A stretch of 48,961 nucleotides of DNA from a virus. Taxonomy: Duplodnaviria > Caudoviricetes. Each line of letters begins with the position of its first letter. Positions within the stretch are counted from its first letter, which is position 1. The DNA lies in IMG/VR virus record IMGVR_UViG_3300032280_000731, positions 1-48,961 of that record. One strand, written 5' to 3'. The notes under the pieces were generated by a model, which worked only from the letters and a program-made list of their open reading frames with translations, was not told the DNA's origin and searched no databases. Shown here one piece after another: positions 46,452 through 48,961 of this stretch. The position numbers were made by a program, and so were the translations under genes.

Positions 46452-47300
46452 ATGAAAAAAAATATACCGGTAATATTCTTTCATCTTGGAGAACAAGATT
46501 ATTTTCATTCTGCACTTTATTTGGCAGCTAAAAAAAATGAAGTTATTGTAATTGGCAATCAATCGACTGCTTTCGCAAAACAGCATCCGGACGTTGTATT
46601 TGTAGATCATATGGAATACAGAGATGGTACTGATGATTTTTCTAAAACGTATCAGCATATGCATATGAGTGGTGCTGAAATGCAACTCATATGTTATGTC
46701 AGATGGATCATAGTTCAAAATCTCTGTAAAAAAAGAAATATCGAGCGTTTTTTCTACGCAGACTCTGATTTGGCAATATTGTCAAATCTAACAGATGTTT
46801 TTTATGAGCATATTAACAGCGATTTTGCTCTTATGACACAATCACACCAGCCGACGCATAGACTGGTGGCTAGTGCTCATAGTTCATATTGGCATATCAA
46901 TACATTAAATGCATTCTGCAAATTTATGTTTGATTCTTACAACAACCTAGAAATCAAATCGAAACTAGTTGAAAAATTTAAATGGCATCAGGAAACCAAT
47001 AGACCCGGTGGCGTATGTGATATGACACAGTTATATTTATTTTCTCAACAAACTGCTCACGTCTCTTTAACAAAAAGCAATAACAAATCATGTTTCGATG
47101 ATAATGTAAATGCAGCCGAAAATTATGAGCCGGAAGAATATCATGTTGAACATGAAATGAAAAAAATATTGGTAAACAAAGACCAATTTTATTTTCTTAG
47201 TAACAAAGAAGGTCCAATATTAGCTCATGTAATTCATTGTCAGGGCGTAGCTAAAAATCTCTTGAATTCTATCTGGAAACACGTAAAAGGTTTCAAATGA
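46452..47300 (+). CDS. GT-A nucleotide-sugar transferase-like protein
   Basis: CYVRW…FYADSD…GGVCDMT…HCQG. Confidence 0.7.
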   Translation: MKKNIPVIFFHLGEQDYFHSALYLAAKKNEVIVIGNQSTAFAKQHPDVVFVDHMEYRDGTDDFSKTYQHMHMSGAEMQLICYVRWIIVQNLCKKRNIERFFYADSDLAILSNLTDVFYEHINSDFALMTQSHQPTHRLVASAHSSYWHINTLNAFCKFMFDSYNNLEIKSKLVEKFKWHQETNRPGGVCDMTQLYLFSQQTAHVSLTKSNNKSCFDDNVNAAENYEPEEYHVEHEMKKILVNKDQFYFLSNKEGPILAHVIHCQGVAKNLLNSIWKHVKGFK

Positions 47301-48235
47301 AAAATCTATGTGCAATATCAGACTGTGACTACGTTGTAAAACTGTTAACATTGTTTGATTCCTTGAAAAACACGCAGCAAAAAGCTTTTACTTTATATGT
47401 GTTGTGTTTGGATGAAAAGACAGAACAAATAGTTAACGCTCAACATGATGAACGCCTTAAAGCTTTATCTTTATTGGAAGTTGAAAACCAGGATTTCTTT
47501 TTGAAATACTGCAAAGAAACGATGCCTGCTTCCGTTGAGGCAGTTTCAAATGCTAGCAGTCAAAAGAAGGATCCTAAATACGTTCAATATTGCTGGGCGT
47601 TAGCGCCTTATCTTTGTTGGTATGCAATCAACTGCCTACACTTGGACGACATAATGTATGTTGACTCAGACTTGTATTTTTATCGTGACATATCAGGGAT
47701 ATATGAAGAATTGGGCGATAAGAGTGTTGGCATTATTAGACACAGAATTAACTACATACCATCAGTCGGAGAATACAACGTTGGTATAGTTTACTTTAAA
47801 AATGATTTGGTAGGTAAGTCTTGTTCTAAGCTCTGGAAAGATTTGTTACTATATCCAAATAATCCATATGCAAAAGAATATGGTCAATGCGGCGATCAAA
47901 AGTATCTTGAACTATTTCCTATGGCTTTTGGAAAAGATAACATATGCATAATCGATAAAGCAATTGGTCATCTGGCTCCATGGAGCGTTACATTTCACAA
48001 ATACAAAGAAGATAAGATTATATGGGAGAATAGAGAGCAGGAATTATATTTCTTTCATTTTGCCCATTTTGTTCCAGATTTACAAAATAATACATATCGT
48101 TCATCATATAGAAATGAATGGGTTTGGGGAGTTCCAGAAAAAACATCGGATATGGTTAAGAGATTATACGATGAATATTTTGAAGCTACAAAAAACGTCA
48201 TGTTCAGTAATAAAACTTTGATGGGGAAAAAATAA
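47297..48235 (+). CDS. GT-A glycosyltransferase-like protein
   Basis: YVDSDLYFY, YNVG, GDQKYLE, LAPW and FFHF. Confidence 0.8.
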   Translation: MKNLCAISDCDYVVKLLTLFDSLKNTQQKAFTLYVLCLDEKTEQIVNAQHDERLKALSLLEVENQDFFLKYCKETMPASVEAVSNASSQKKDPKYVQYCWALAPYLCWYAINCLHLDDIMYVDSDLYFYRDISGIYEELGDKSVGIIRHRINYIPSVGEYNVGIVYFKNDLVGKSCSKLWKDLLLYPNNPYAKEYGQCGDQKYLELFPMAFGKDNICIIDKAIGHLAPWSVTFHKYKEDKIIWENREQELYFFHFAHFVPDLQNNTYRSSYRNEWVWGVPEKTSDMVKRLYDEYFEATKNVMFSNKTLMGKK

Positions 48236-48236
48236 G

Positions 48237-48961
48237 ATGTTAAAAGTTGCATTCGGTATGATTGTATTTGAAGGAGATTACGTTCTTAAAGAATGTTTGG
48301 AGTCTGTGTATCCATATGCCAAACAAATTTTAATTGCTGAAGGACCGGTTAAATTTTGGCAACAAAAAGGTCGCTCTACCTCAACAGACAGAACAAACGA
48401 TATCATTCATGGGTTTCCAGACCCAGAAAAGAAAATAAAAATTGTTCATGGTCAATTTGAAGAAAAAGACGATCAATGCAAAGCTTACATGAAAAATATC
48501 GATCCGGACATAGATTATATTTGGAATCTAGATTCTGATGAAGTCTTCAAAGGCGAAGACATATTGAAGCTTTATGATATTTTAGAAAAAGAAAAATATA
48601 CCAGCGTTGGAATTAGAAGCGCCAGCTTCTTTGGTGGTCTTGATAGAGTAATAGGAGGGTTTGAAGAGAAAAAAGATAACTTCTTAAGAATATTCAAGTA
48701 TTATCCTGGTGCAACCTGGTTAACTCACAGACCGCCGACTATTAAGCCTCCTCCTGGCATACAAGCATTGCCTGATAAACATTTAGATAGTGATACGTTG
48801 TTCTATAAGCATGGAATACAGATGTATCATTATTCTTATGCATTTCCAAAACAAGTTGCCAACAAAGTCGAGTATTACAAAGCTAAAGTCTCCAGAGAAA
48901 ATTGTTTGGACAACTATTTTGAAAATGTGTTCATGCCATGGGTAAATGCTAAAAATGATTA
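48237..48961 (+). CDS. GT2-like glycosyltransferase, 3'-truncated by the window end
   Basis: MLKVAFGMIVFEG…IAEG…STDRT…WNLDSDE…MYHYS; the frame runs off the window. Confidence 0.75.
   Translation, partial: MLKVAFGMIVFEGDYVLKECLESVYPYAKQILIAEGPVKFWQQKGRSTSTDRTNDIIHGFPDPEKKIKIVHGQFEEKDDQCKAYMKNIDPDIDYIWNLDSDEVFKGEDILKLYDILEKEKYTSVGIRSASFFGGLDRVIGGFEEKKDNFLRIFKYYPGATWLTHRPPTIKPPPGIQALPDKHLDSDTLFYKHGIQMYHYSYAFPKQVANKVEYYKAKVSRENCLDNYFENVFMPWVNAKND

Noticed and set aside
1-48961. Stop-codon reassignment as seen in some huge phages
   Set aside because: Recognisable genes are full-length in code 11, and TAG, TGA and TAA all end genes at sensible boundaries (for example TAG at 6969 and 25878).

Overview
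This window looks like part of an AT-rich, gene-dense jumbo/huge bacteriophage genome read with the standard genetic code. No rRNA, tRNA or CRISPR array was seen. Recognisable genes include thymidine kinase, a RadA-like ATPase, a free-standing GIY-YIG endonuclease, PIN-PhoH, an IMPDH/GMP-reductase enzyme, Prim-Pol, a PD-(D/E)XK nuclease, an Hc1-like DNA-binding protein, a degenerate GroEL, FN3 and fibre proteins, and a large glycosylation cluster. The most striking observations are these. (1) At 7183-10395 five ORFs begin with a shared MKLxxL(I/L)xYLLE-like leader resembling a capsid-targeting peptide. Three carry protein-modifying cargo (kinase, GNAT, ADP-ribosyltransferase plus kinase) and two are almost empty; four are chained by ATGA overlaps. 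(2) A non-coding poly-C/poly-G element at about 8.0-8.45 kb coincides with a sharp GC-skew inversion. (3) There is an unannotated probable programmed -1 frameshift at 15120-15568 that would add a membrane anchor. (4) Two promoter classes are visible, and several leaders have RBS-sequestering structures. Family assignments come from motif recognition by eye, not database searches.
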